A DNA stretch of 64,000 bases from a virus: IMG/VR virus record IMGVR_UViG_3300042468_000945, positions 1 to 64,000 of that record. One strand, written 5' to 3'. Positions 8,263 to 16,393 of the stretch are shown here, piece after piece; position 1 is the stretch's first letter; every line of letters starts with the position of its first letter. The notes below the pieces were generated by a model. That model was not told where the DNA came from. It saw only the letters and a program-made list of their open reading frames with translations, and made no database searches. Position numbers and translations under genes: made by a program.

Positions 8263-10339
8263 AACAAATCTCAAAACAGAATCTGCTGGTATTATGGCAG
8301 AATCATTCTTTAACATAGACAAAGATAATATACCTTTTATTATGGGTATTCTTAGAAACAATTTATATTCTAACAAGCCACTAGCTTTAATTAGAGAGTA
8401 TAGCTGTAATGCTTTAGATGCTCACAAAGATGCTGGAATTCCAGATAGGCCATTTACTGTACAACTTCCGACAAGGCTTGCTAATGATTTAACCATTCGT
8501 GATTACGGTAAGGGTTTAAGTGAAGATGGTGTTCTAAATGTATTTTCTTCTTATGGTATGTCAACTAAGAGAGATACTAATGAGCAGATTGGTGGATTTG
8601 GTATTGGTTGTAAGTCTGCTTTCTCATATACAAATACTTTTAGAATTACTAGTTATTTTGAAGGAGTTAAGTCAATTTATGAAGCGTATATTGATGAAAC
8701 TAATTTAGGTAAAATTTCTAAATTGTATTCCGAACCTTCAAAAGAAGAGTCTGGTTTAGAAATAAAAATTAATATTCAACCTAAAGATATACAATTATTT
8801 CATGACTGTGCTAAAGAGTTTTTTGTTAATTTTGATGTAATTCCAGACATTAATGAAGATGTTAAGAATCATATTATTACAAGTAAAGAAATATTAGAGA
8901 AGTCAACTTTAGTATCTTTTGAAAACTGGAAATTTTTAGGTTCTCGTTCAAACTACACATGTTTTAAAGTTATTGTAGGAAGTGTTTGTTATCCTGTTAA
9001 TTTAAACTTATTAGGAAACAACAAAGAAATTCAAGATATTGAACGTTCAATTTCTAGCTCGACTATTTTAATTAATTTACCTATTGGTTCTGTTCAGGTT
9101 TCAGCCAGTAGAGAAGCTTTAGAGTATAACACACAAACTATTGAAGTTCTTACTGACAGTCTTATTAAGGCTTATGGTCAGTTAAATACTAAATTACTAG
9201 AAAAAGTTAATTCGTTAGAAACACTCTGGCAAAAAAGATTTTTTATTTACAGAACTAGAAAACATGTAAACAAGTTTTTAACTACGGGCGATAATTATGG
9301 TTGTGTTGATCATTATATGAATCATCCGTATAGTGGTTTTACTAGAAAGTTTGGTGGTCAATTAAGAATAAAATATTCTTATGCTTCTAATTTTAACGAT
9401 GCTAATGGTTTGGCAACTGATAATGAACCTACTCTTTTAATAAATGATAAATCATTTTCTCAGGCAACGGTAGTTAGAAGAGCTAATGCTTGGATAAGAG
9501 ATAATCCAAATGAAAGGTATTATTACATTTGTACTATAGATCAACCTATAGATGAATTTTTAAGTCACGAAGAAATTGTGGGTTGTAAATATGTAAACTT
9601 AGCTGAAATTGTTCCTACAGGTATTAGTAAAAGAACTTATTCTTTACAAGTAGCAGCCGATGAAATTAAAGTATACAAAGGTTGTTCTTATAGTGATAGA
9701 AAATCTGAGAAATGGATTACAGATACCATGAAAACTGATTCTGATCCAAATAGTTTCGTTTATGTAACTACTATTAATAAAGCAACACTAGGTGAAAATA
9801 AGTATGATGAGTATCTTATGTTATACTCATGGCTAAAACTTGAGTTAAAAGATGCCCCAACTTTAATAGCAGTTCAATCTGAAAATGTTCAACCTAATTG
9901 GGTTTCTTTTGAAGCTTGGATGTTAGTAAGAATTAATCAGTTAATGAATGCAAATATTAATTTTAAAGCTGATCTTTATAGGCATTACTTAAAAATTAAT
10001 ATGTCTATTGAAAATTTTACTGTTTTACAAACTCTTGATATTTTAGGAGAGTATGAAAATATATCTAAATTATTAAAAGAACCAAGCCCAGGATTTCCTC
10101 CTGTTTACAAAAGATCAAGTCCTATGTATCTTATTCATGATTACAACACTTCAAGAATAATACATAAGCATATTCCTTTTGATACATTAGATAAGCAACT
10201 TTCCGAACAAGTTACTAAACTAAATAAAGTAATGAATGACACTATTAATAAGTACCCAATTTTGAGATTAATTAATAGTACTAATTTAAAAACATCTCAA
10301 CAATCTATTGACTTTTTAAAACAACATATAAAACTATGA
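8249..10339 (+). CDS. rIIA: rIIA-like protein (N-terminal GHKL/Hsp90-type ATPase)
   Basis: LIREYSCNALDAH, IRDYGKG, STKR...GGFGIGCKS, SREAL; immediately followed by an rIIB-like gene. Confidence 0.88.
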   Translation: MKLIETNLKTESAGIMAESFFNIDKDNIPFIMGILRNNLYSNKPLALIREYSCNALDAHKDAGIPDRPFTVQLPTRLANDLTIRDYGKGLSEDGVLNVFSSYGMSTKRDTNEQIGGFGIGCKSAFSYTNTFRITSYFEGVKSIYEAYIDETNLGKISKLYSEPSKEESGLEIKINIQPKDIQLFHDCAKEFFVNFDVIPDINEDVKNHIITSKEILEKSTLVSFENWKFLGSRSNYTCFKVIVGSVCYPVNLNLLGNNKEIQDIERSISSSTILINLPIGSVQVSASREALEYNTQTIEVLTDSLIKAYGQLNTKLLEKVNSLETLWQKRFFIYRTRKHVNKFLTTGDNYGCVDHYMNHPYSGFTRKFGGQLRIKYSYASNFNDANGLATDNEPTLLINDKSFSQATVVRRANAWIRDNPNERYYYICTIDQPIDEFLSHEEIVGCKYVNLAEIVPTGISKRTYSLQVAADEIKVYKGCSYSDRKSEKWITDTMKTDSDPNSFVYVTTINKATLGENKYDEYLMLYSWLKLELKDAPTLIAVQSENVQPNWVSFEAWMLVRINQLMNANINFKADLYRHYLKINMSIENFTVLQTLDILGEYENISKLLKEPSPGFPPVYKRSSPMYLIHDYNTSRIIHKHIPFDTLDKQLSEQVTKLNKVMNDTINKYPILRLINSTNLKTSQQSIDFLKQHIKL

Positions 10340-11160
10340 ACACACCTCCATTCAATTATGTAGAGAATTTCTCCCTTACCGTTATTTTTGATGGTACTCC
10401 TTTTACTGTAAAGAACACTGATCCAAATTTCAATACTTGTGTAGAGCATTTAAAGAATCAAGATTTTGAGTCTCTTAAAGATTCTATTTCTATTGTAAAT
10501 AGTTTTAATAAAACACTATATACTTATGAAAATATTGAGATTAGAGGTAACTCTGTTTACTTTGGTGGACAAGAAGTATCTAGTTTCATTACTGAAAAGA
10601 TTATAGATTTCTTCTATCAAGGGTTACCTTATGAGCCTTTAGTTAAGTTCTTTGCAAAGTTGCAAGAGAATCCATCTAAACGTGCTGTAGATGAGCTTTA
10701 TACATTCTTACAACATAAGCATATGCCTATTGCTGAGAATGGAAACTTTTTAGCTTACAAAGGAGTAGGAAATGACTACTTTTCAATTCGGAGTGGTAAT
10801 GCGGTACTATTAAAAGGTATTTCTTATGGTGGAAAGATTTATAATGGTATTGGTAGTATTATTGAAGTAGTTAGAAATTATGTAGATGATGATAAGAATA
10901 GGGGATGTTCTCAAGGTCTTCACGTTGGTAGTTACGATTATGCTAATAATTGGAGAGGTTCTACTGGTAAGCTATTAATGGTTGAGGTAAACCCTAAAGA
11001 TGTTGTTAGTGTTCCATTAGATTGTGAATGTCAAAAACTTAGAACTTGTAAGTATAAAGTTATTTCAGAAATTGAAGCACCTTATCCTGATCTTGTTTAT
11101 TTAAACAATTTAGATAACTATAACGAAGACGAAGAAGAATATGAAGATTATTCTTATTAA
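10336..11160 (+). CDS. rIIB: rIIB-like protein
   Basis: ENPSKRAVDELYTFL, GNFLAYKGV, CSQGLHVG, VNPKDVVSVP, KLRTCKY. Confidence 0.88.
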   Translation: MNTPPFNYVENFSLTVIFDGTPFTVKNTDPNFNTCVEHLKNQDFESLKDSISIVNSFNKTLYTYENIEIRGNSVYFGGQEVSSFITEKIIDFFYQGLPYEPLVKFFAKLQENPSKRAVDELYTFLQHKHMPIAENGNFLAYKGVGNDYFSIRSGNAVLLKGISYGGKIYNGIGSIIEVVRNYVDDDKNRGCSQGLHVGSYDYANNWRGSTGKLLMVEVNPKDVVSVPLDCECQKLRTCKYKVISEIEAPYPDLVYLNNLDNYNEDEEEYEDYSY

Positions 11161-11163
11161 GTA

Positions 11164-11388
11164 ATGTTTATTGACTACGACGAATACGATACTAAGACTG
11201 CCTTATCCTCAGAATCTTTTTATTATAAAAATAATCTTAGTATCCATTTTTGTAGGGGTGATGTTGAGATTTCAAGAACTGAATATAACCCCTACAGGTT
11301 TATAATACATACATTAAATACTTATACTAATGAACTAGAAGTTTGTATTCATAAGGGAACAGATTTTTGGGAGGATTTTAATTTATGA
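11164..11388 (+). CDS. small hypothetical protein
   Basis: 74-aa ORF in the operon. Confidence 0.6.
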   Translation: MFIDYDEYDTKTALSSESFYYKNNLSIHFCRGDVEISRTEYNPYRFIIHTLNTYTNELEVCIHKGTDFWEDFNL

Positions 11389-11645
11389 TTCTTAGAAATT
11401 TTTATAGTAAACTTCGTACAGCTTATAGGTATATGAATAGTACAGATTTATTAGACATAGAATATAATAATAACTCAAAATTTATAGAGCTTATAATTGT
11501 TGATACTACAAAAACATCAGCAAATTTTCAATATAAATACTATATTGAAACAGAAAAAACAACCTCAACTAAAAAATGTTATGTTTATAGTCATATAAAT
11601 GACTGTATAGCATACATACCAAAATATAAGATTGTAGAGAAATGA
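11385..11645 (+). CDS. small hypothetical protein
   Basis: 86-aa ORF with ATGA overlaps at both ends. Confidence 0.65.
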   Translation: MILRNFYSKLRTAYRYMNSTDLLDIEYNNNSKFIELIIVDTTKTSANFQYKYYIETEKTTSTKKCYVYSHINDCIAYIPKYKIVEK

Positions 11646-12706
11646 AAACTGTAATGAATTTTAACAATGTTGATCCAAGATCAGAACCTCTTTTCTTGGG
11701 CGAATCTTTGTCTTTACAAAGATATGACCGTCTAAAGTATCCAACATTCTATAAATTAGCTCAAGCTCAAGAGAAACAATATTGGCAAGCAGAAGAGGTT
11801 AGTCTTTTAAAAGATAGAAATGACTACAAAGCTTTAACACCAGTTGAGAAGTTTATCTTTGATAGTAACTTAAAATACCAAACGCTTGGCGATAGTTGTC
11901 TTTCTAGGTCTATTGATACTATCAAGGCATATGTTAGTAACCCAGAATTAGAAGCTTGTTTTGGTGTATGGAGTTTCTTTGAAAGTAATATTCACTCTAG
12001 AAGCTATTCTCACATTCTAAAGAATGTATATGCTGATGAAAGTGTGTTTTGGGATTCCATTTTAGAAGACAAGGAAATTATAAATAGGTTAACTAGATTT
12101 ACTAGTTCTTATGATAATATCTTTGAAGATGATGCTAAGTCATTAAGACATAGAATTTTTAATGCTATCGTTGAAACTAATGTAACTGAAAGCTTATCAT
12201 TCTATGTATCGTTTGCTTGTTCATTCTTCTTTGCAGCTAAGGGTGTAATGGAAGGTAATGGTAAGATTATCAAGTTCATTGAAAAAGATGAAATTCTTCA
12301 TGCTGCAATTACAACTGAACTATTAAAAATATTTAAGGATGTCCCAGAAGAAGGATTCCAAGACATTTATGATGAAGCTAAGATTGTAGAATCATTTAGA
12401 GTTGGTGTTGAAAATGAAAAGCAATGGGCAGATTATCTATTTTCCCAAGGTGACTTATTAGGTTTAACTATTGAACAGTTTAAACTATTTGCAGAGTATA
12501 GAGCAAACGAAAGATTAGCTATTTTGAAAATTGATCCAATCTTTGAAAAGCAAAAGCAAAATCCATTAGGTAGCTGGTACCAAGAGTTTATTAGACCTAA
12601 AGCAGTCCAGGTGGCTCCACAAGAGTCTGAATTAGGAGCTAACTACTTAATTGGGGCAAGAGACTCTTCTATTGCTAAAGACGATTTTGAAGGATTTGAA
12701 CTATAA
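11642..12706 (+). CDS. nrdB: ribonucleotide reductase class Ia beta subunit
   Basis: WQAEEVSL, FESNIHSRSY (ExxH plus radical Tyr), FYVSFACSF, KDEILH, APQESE. Confidence 0.96.
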   Translation: MKTVMNFNNVDPRSEPLFLGESLSLQRYDRLKYPTFYKLAQAQEKQYWQAEEVSLLKDRNDYKALTPVEKFIFDSNLKYQTLGDSCLSRSIDTIKAYVSNPELEACFGVWSFFESNIHSRSYSHILKNVYADESVFWDSILEDKEIINRLTRFTSSYDNIFEDDAKSLRHRIFNAIVETNVTESLSFYVSFACSFFFAAKGVMEGNGKIIKFIEKDEILHAAITTELLKIFKDVPEEGFQDIYDEAKIVESFRVGVENEKQWADYLFSQGDLLGLTIEQFKLFAEYRANERLAILKIDPIFEKQKQNPLGSWYQEFIRPKAVQVAPQESELGANYLIGARDSSIAKDDFEGFEL

Positions 12707-12710
12707 GTTA

Positions 12711-13100
12711 ATGGAACTTAAAGCATTTAAAGATCGAGTATTTGATCCTACTGAACCTGTTGAAGTTTATAGGAACTTACATTTAAAAGGTAGAGTATAT
12801 TCTATTAGACAAAAAGGAAAGGTTATAGGACATACAAGTAATATAAACCTTATCCATTGTAAGTTTATTGTAGGTCAAAAGTCTAGAGAACGTGCAGTAA
12901 GGGCTGCTGGTAGGAATGTCCATGCTTGGATTAAGGGGTATGTTGATGAAACTAATGTACCTTTTGTCAAACATAAAAGAGTTGGATATAATCCTTTTAA
13001 ACACACATCTTTTGTAGATATCTTTAATGCTCCTGTTACAGAATCAGAACTTGTAAAAATAATAGAAGGAGATGTATTAGTTAATGTCAAATTGGATTAA
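12711..13100 (+). CDS. conserved hypothetical phage protein (track start 12651 overlaps nrdB; ATG 12711 preferred)
   Basis: VYRNLH...YSIRQ...RNVHAWIKG...YNPFKH pattern recurs in phages as I recall it. Confidence 0.7.
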   Translation: MELKAFKDRVFDPTEPVEVYRNLHLKGRVYSIRQKGKVIGHTSNINLIHCKFIVGQKSRERAVRAAGRNVHAWIKGYVDETNVPFVKHKRVGYNPFKHTSFVDIFNAPVTESELVKIIEGDVLVNVKLD

Positions 13101-13422
13101 AGTAGACGATTTAAATAACTATAAAGATGTAGCAGAGAATAAGAAACATGTTTTAATTAGATACTACAAGTCTGGTAAAAGTTATCGTACTAAGCACTCA
13201 AAGATTTATGTCATTACTGAGGGGTATTATGATCCTTTGACAGTAAGAGTGTATACTAGAAATGATGGTTCTACTTATAGTGTTGAAATGTCAGGTCATT
13301 GGAATGATGCTTTAGGTAGATTAATACAAGATACGAAAGCAAAGAAGTCTGTTAGTATTGTAAGCCATTTTATGGAGTTACCAGAATTTAAAGAAGAGAA
13401 AAACAATGTCAAAACCAACTGA
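13084..13422 (+). CDS. hypothetical protein
   Basis: 112-aa ORF overlapping both neighbours. Confidence 0.65.
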   Translation: MSNWIKVDDLNNYKDVAENKKHVLIRYYKSGKSYRTKHSKIYVITEGYYDPLTVRVYTRNDGSTYSVEMSGHWNDALGRLIQDTKAKKSVSIVSHFMELPEFKEEKNNVKTN

Positions 13423-13636
13423 ATACACTATTGATATAATTGCCCCTTTTGGGGATTATAAAGGAACTAGACTTCTTACAATAACGTACTACGATGATGT
13501 TGTTACTAGTATTAAATTTCGTGAAAGAGATGGGTCAATGGGTTCACTAGTAATTTCTTCTTTCCAAACTGATCCATGTGAAAATTGTGAAAATTGTGAA
13601 GGTTGTGCAGATTGTGTTCCAGGAGAACCATATTAA
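13406..13636 (+). CDS. small hypothetical protein with a C-terminal (Cxx)5 repeat
   Basis: Ends in CENCENCEGCADC. Confidence 0.65.
   Translation: MSKPTEYTIDIIAPFGDYKGTRLLTITYYDDVVTSIKFRERDGSMGSLVISSFQTDPCENCENCEGCADCVPGEPY
13577..13615 (+). repeat. 9-nt in-frame tandem repeat (TGTGAAAAT x2 plus degenerate copies)
   Basis: tgtgaaaat tgtgaaaat tgtgaaggt tgtgcagat tgt. Confidence 0.8.
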
Positions 13637-13638
13637 AT

Positions 13639-13875
13639 ATGATAACAAACGATAAAATAAATAAATTAATTGAAGCTATTGAAAAAAATACTTCTAGAAG
13701 AACTCTTAGTGATAATGACGACTACGTATATGAAGCATGTGGTGGAAATTTTGACGATGCTTATAGCCTTGGTAGAGAAGATGGTATAACTGATTTTTCT
13801 CGTGACTTAATGAATATATTAGAATTACCATATACTATTGAAGAGGAAGAAGACTACGAAGGAGAACAAGAATAA
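13639..13875 (+). CDS. small acidic hypothetical protein (ATG 13639 preferred to track start 13603)
   Basis: MITNDK...GGNFDDAYSLGREDG. Confidence 0.7.
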   Translation: MITNDKINKLIEAIEKNTSRRTLSDNDDYVYEACGGNFDDAYSLGREDGITDFSRDLMNILELPYTIEEEEDYEGEQE

Positions 13876-13876
13876 T

Positions 13877-14233
13877 ATGAATATTCAAGATCAAATAACT
13901 GGAGCGTATGTTACTCCACTAATAACAGCAGAAAAGGCATTAGTAAAAACCAATGAAAGACGTAAATATTTTGAAGTTGTAGATAGTCAACTCAATAAAA
14001 TTTCAAAGAAAATAAACTATGAAACAAAATACAGTGGAGCAAAGAATATTAAGTGGAAAATTACTTCAGGAAGTACTAGAAGTTTATTGGATGCTGTAGA
14101 AGAATTAGTCAAAGCTGGTTACTTAATACTTGATAATAGTTTTAAACCAATTGATACAGCAGATCCTTCTTGGCCTTTAGATAAGGAAGAAATAATTATT
14201 AGTTGGGAATTAGATAGAAAAGAGGAAGAGTAA
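13877..14233 (+). CDS. hypothetical protein (ATG 13877 preferred)
   Basis: Starts 1 nt after the upstream TAA (TAATATG junction). Confidence 0.65.
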   Translation: MNIQDQITGAYVTPLITAEKALVKTNERRKYFEVVDSQLNKISKKINYETKYSGAKNIKWKITSGSTRSLLDAVEELVKAGYLILDNSFKPIDTADPSWPLDKEEIIISWELDRKEEE

Positions 14234-14235
14234 TA

Positions 14236-14790
14236 ATGTGCTATATGAAACCAGACTACGGACCATTTAATGATCCTTTAAAAGGAATTCCTAGAAATCC
14301 TAATCAACAACCTATTAGAGATTTTCCTAAAAATGTTCCTTGGAGACTTAATCCAAATGAAAAGAAATGGCCTCCAACTCATCCAAGTCCACTAGATGAT
14401 GCACCTCTAAATGTTCATGACAAATTAAATAATTTAATTTATACCAAGTGTTCAATTGAAGAAGCTACGCACCTTAAAAATTTAAAAACTAATAAGCTTT
14501 ACTTAAAAAGTCCTCAGAGAACAGATAAAAATACTTTTAAAGTAGTTAAAAATGAGGTGTGGGTTAGTGAGGGTTTATCATTAATTTGTGCTATTAATAT
14601 TAATGATATAAATTATAGTGTTTACGAGCCTTTAAAGGATAGGTTTAAAAATATTAACCTTGAAGGTAACATTATATCTACTGATTATGATTCAATCAAT
14701 TTTACAACTAAAATAACTATAGTAGTAAATGGAAACCATGTTGGTCTTGATCTTTCAACTGATAAAGTAAAAATAACTTCATTAGATTAA
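14236..14790 (+). CDS. hypothetical protein with Pro-rich N-terminus
   Basis: 184-aa ORF. Confidence 0.7.
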   Translation: MCYMKPDYGPFNDPLKGIPRNPNQQPIRDFPKNVPWRLNPNEKKWPPTHPSPLDDAPLNVHDKLNNLIYTKCSIEEATHLKNLKTNKLYLKSPQRTDKNTFKVVKNEVWVSEGLSLICAININDINYSVYEPLKDRFKNINLEGNIISTDYDSINFTTKITIVVNGNHVGLDLSTDKVKITSLD

Positions 14791-14830
14791 ATTTTCATAA
14801 GAATAAAAGTAAATAAAATGAAAAATTATT

Positions 14831-15112
14831 ATGGAAAAAACACCAATTTATTATGCTAGAGTTAAGTATGTAAATACTGTAACTCAAGTAGCTGATGTCC
14901 TTGTTCCTATCTATGAGGAAGATTTAAAGGACAGTACTATGGTTGAAGTTGTAGAAGCATCTGAAAGGGTTGCTTTAAAGAACCAACATTTACTTGATAA
15001 CAAAGACTCAGTACTAAAAATAGAAAAAGTTTCTACTTACCACCAAGTTCTTGGATTTGCTCCTGTTGATTCTAATGGGGAAGTAATAGAAGAAGAGTTT
15101 GTTGAGTTGTAA
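14831..15112 (+). CDS. acidic hypothetical protein
   Basis: 93-aa ORF. Confidence 0.7.
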   Translation: MEKTPIYYARVKYVNTVTQVADVLVPIYEEDLKDSTMVEVVEASERVALKNQHLLDNKDSVLKIEKVSTYHQVLGFAPVDSNGEVIEEEFVEL

Positions 15113-15114
15113 TT

Positions 15115-15375
15115 ATGTCTATTTCTGAATATGCAGATCTACAACACTTTGTGTTAAGAACCTGCCCTTACTATGCATTCTTATTAAATCTTCCAAGTGA
15201 TTCAGAATTTTTGTGTTACTCTTGGAAGAAAAAATACAATGATTACCCTATCCTAGAAAAAGAACCCATATATCAGGGAAAAGCAATCGTCTCTAGAAAT
15301 AAAATACCTCTGGTCTTAGTTCCTTTTTATATAAAAGAACAAGATAAATATATTTTTGGAAGTCTGATTACTTAA
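15115..15375 (+). CDS. hypothetical protein
   Basis: 86-aa ORF, TAATG-coupled to the next gene. Confidence 0.6.
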   Translation: MSISEYADLQHFVLRTCPYYAFLLNLPSDSEFLCYSWKKKYNDYPILEKEPIYQGKAIVSRNKIPLVLVPFYIKEQDKYIFGSLIT

Positions 15376-15659
15376 TGAATATTATAAATGTGCTATTAGC
15401 ATTTCTGTCCTTTTTACTTTCCTTCACTAAAAAAGTTTTAGATGAAGACTACTCTGATTTAAATAAAATTAAATCTGCTATAGTTAACTTAAATGAGATA
15501 ACTATGTCTTGCTTCTCTTTTATTTCTTTCTTTGTTGCTTCTTTTAGAATTCTTATACAAGATATTTATGAAAACAATGTTTCTAATTTTTTTCATTATC
15601 ATTTAAATAAGAATCACCCTAAAATTTACTTCCTATTTAAAAATAACTACAGCAATTAA
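15375..15659 (+). CDS. putative small membrane protein
   Basis: Hydrophobic stretches IINVLLAFLSFLLSF and FSFISFFVASFRILI. Confidence 0.55.
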   Translation: MNIINVLLAFLSFLLSFTKKVLDEDYSDLNKIKSAIVNLNEITMSCFSFISFFVASFRILIQDIYENNVSNFFHYHLNKNHPKIYFLFKNNYSN

Positions 15660-15673
15660 TTGCTGTAGTTATT
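15639..15673 (-). terminator. perfect 32-bp palindrome (15642-15673), probable intrinsic terminator for the - strand block
   Basis: AATAACTACAGCAATT|AATTGCTGTAGTTATT; ends in a U-rich run on the - strand; lies at the convergence of the two gene blocks. Confidence 0.65.
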
Positions 15674-15686
15674 GACTTTCACTATA

Positions 15687-15713
15687 ACCCTACTTTTTAG
15701 TGGGGTATTTTTT
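15687..15713 (+). terminator. intrinsic terminator for the + strand block
   Basis: Stem ACCCTAC/GTGGGGT (one G-U), 6-nt loop, followed by ATTTTTT. Confidence 0.65.
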
Positions 15714-15728
15714 AAGCGGAATTTTTTC

Positions 15729-16109
15729 TTACTTGCTTAATTCCAGACCAACCGTAAGATCAGCTGTTACGCCTCTTACATTATTGAGCCTGATTCTAAG
15801 ACCAGGTGTTTTAAGGGTTTTAAGATCTACTTTGACGGTCTGAGTATAGAGAGGAAGTCCAAATCCGTCTAATACCAGAGAAGCTTCAAAGTTTGCTTCC
15901 TTGTCGTCAACAGAAACAATTTTAAGGACAAGATCAACTGGTCCAGGAATACCAACTACTCTTGATGTGGTAGAAGGTAAGTTAACCTTTCCAAGATCAA
16001 CTGTTTCGTTTACTTTAGTCGTATATGTTCTGTTTATTTTAATTCCAAATGGGAGATTAACTCTAAACTTAACACTTAAGGGGCCAGTAATAGTTACTTT
16101 TGCGTTCAT
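15729..16109 (-). CDS. hypothetical beta-rich protein
   Basis: 126-aa ORF; upstream AAGGA. Confidence 0.7.
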   Translation of the reverse strand: MNAKVTITGPLSVKFRVNLPFGIKINRTYTTKVNETVDLGKVNLPSTTSRVVGIPGPVDLVLKIVSVDDKEANFEASLVLDGFGLPLYTQTVKVDLKTLKTPGLRIRLNNVRGVTADLTVGLELSK

Positions 16110-16150
16110 TTATTTTGTTCCTTATAGTGGATTATATTACACTACTAATT

Positions 16151-16393
16151 ATGGGCGATGAAAAAATTGTAAGAGTTCTTAAGAGCGAATTTAAAAAAGC
16201 AAAAAGAAAGGAAATATATTTAAGAACTCTTATGTTGTGGTTAAAAAGATTTGTTGATAAAAATGTTCAATGTGTTGAAAGTTCTAGTGAGTATGTTTTT
16301 TCTTTTTCTGAAGAAAGGCAAGCTATGTATGGTACTATGTTGTTGAATCAGGTTATAAGGGATGGGTATCCGTCTAGAACGTTGTTTAGTTAA
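16151..16393 (+). CDS. small basic hypothetical protein, the only + strand gene inside the - block
   Basis: ATG at 16151 (MGDEKIV...) fills an otherwise empty gap; the track start 16100 overlaps the divergent gene. Confidence 0.55.
   Translation: MGDEKIVRVLKSEFKKAKRKEIYLRTLMLWLKRFVDKNVQCVESSSEYVFSFSEERQAMYGTMLLNQVIRDGYPSRTLFS

Noticed and set aside
12783-13090. Two - strand ORFs (73 and 71 aa)
   Set aside because: Antisense shadows of a better-supported + strand gene.
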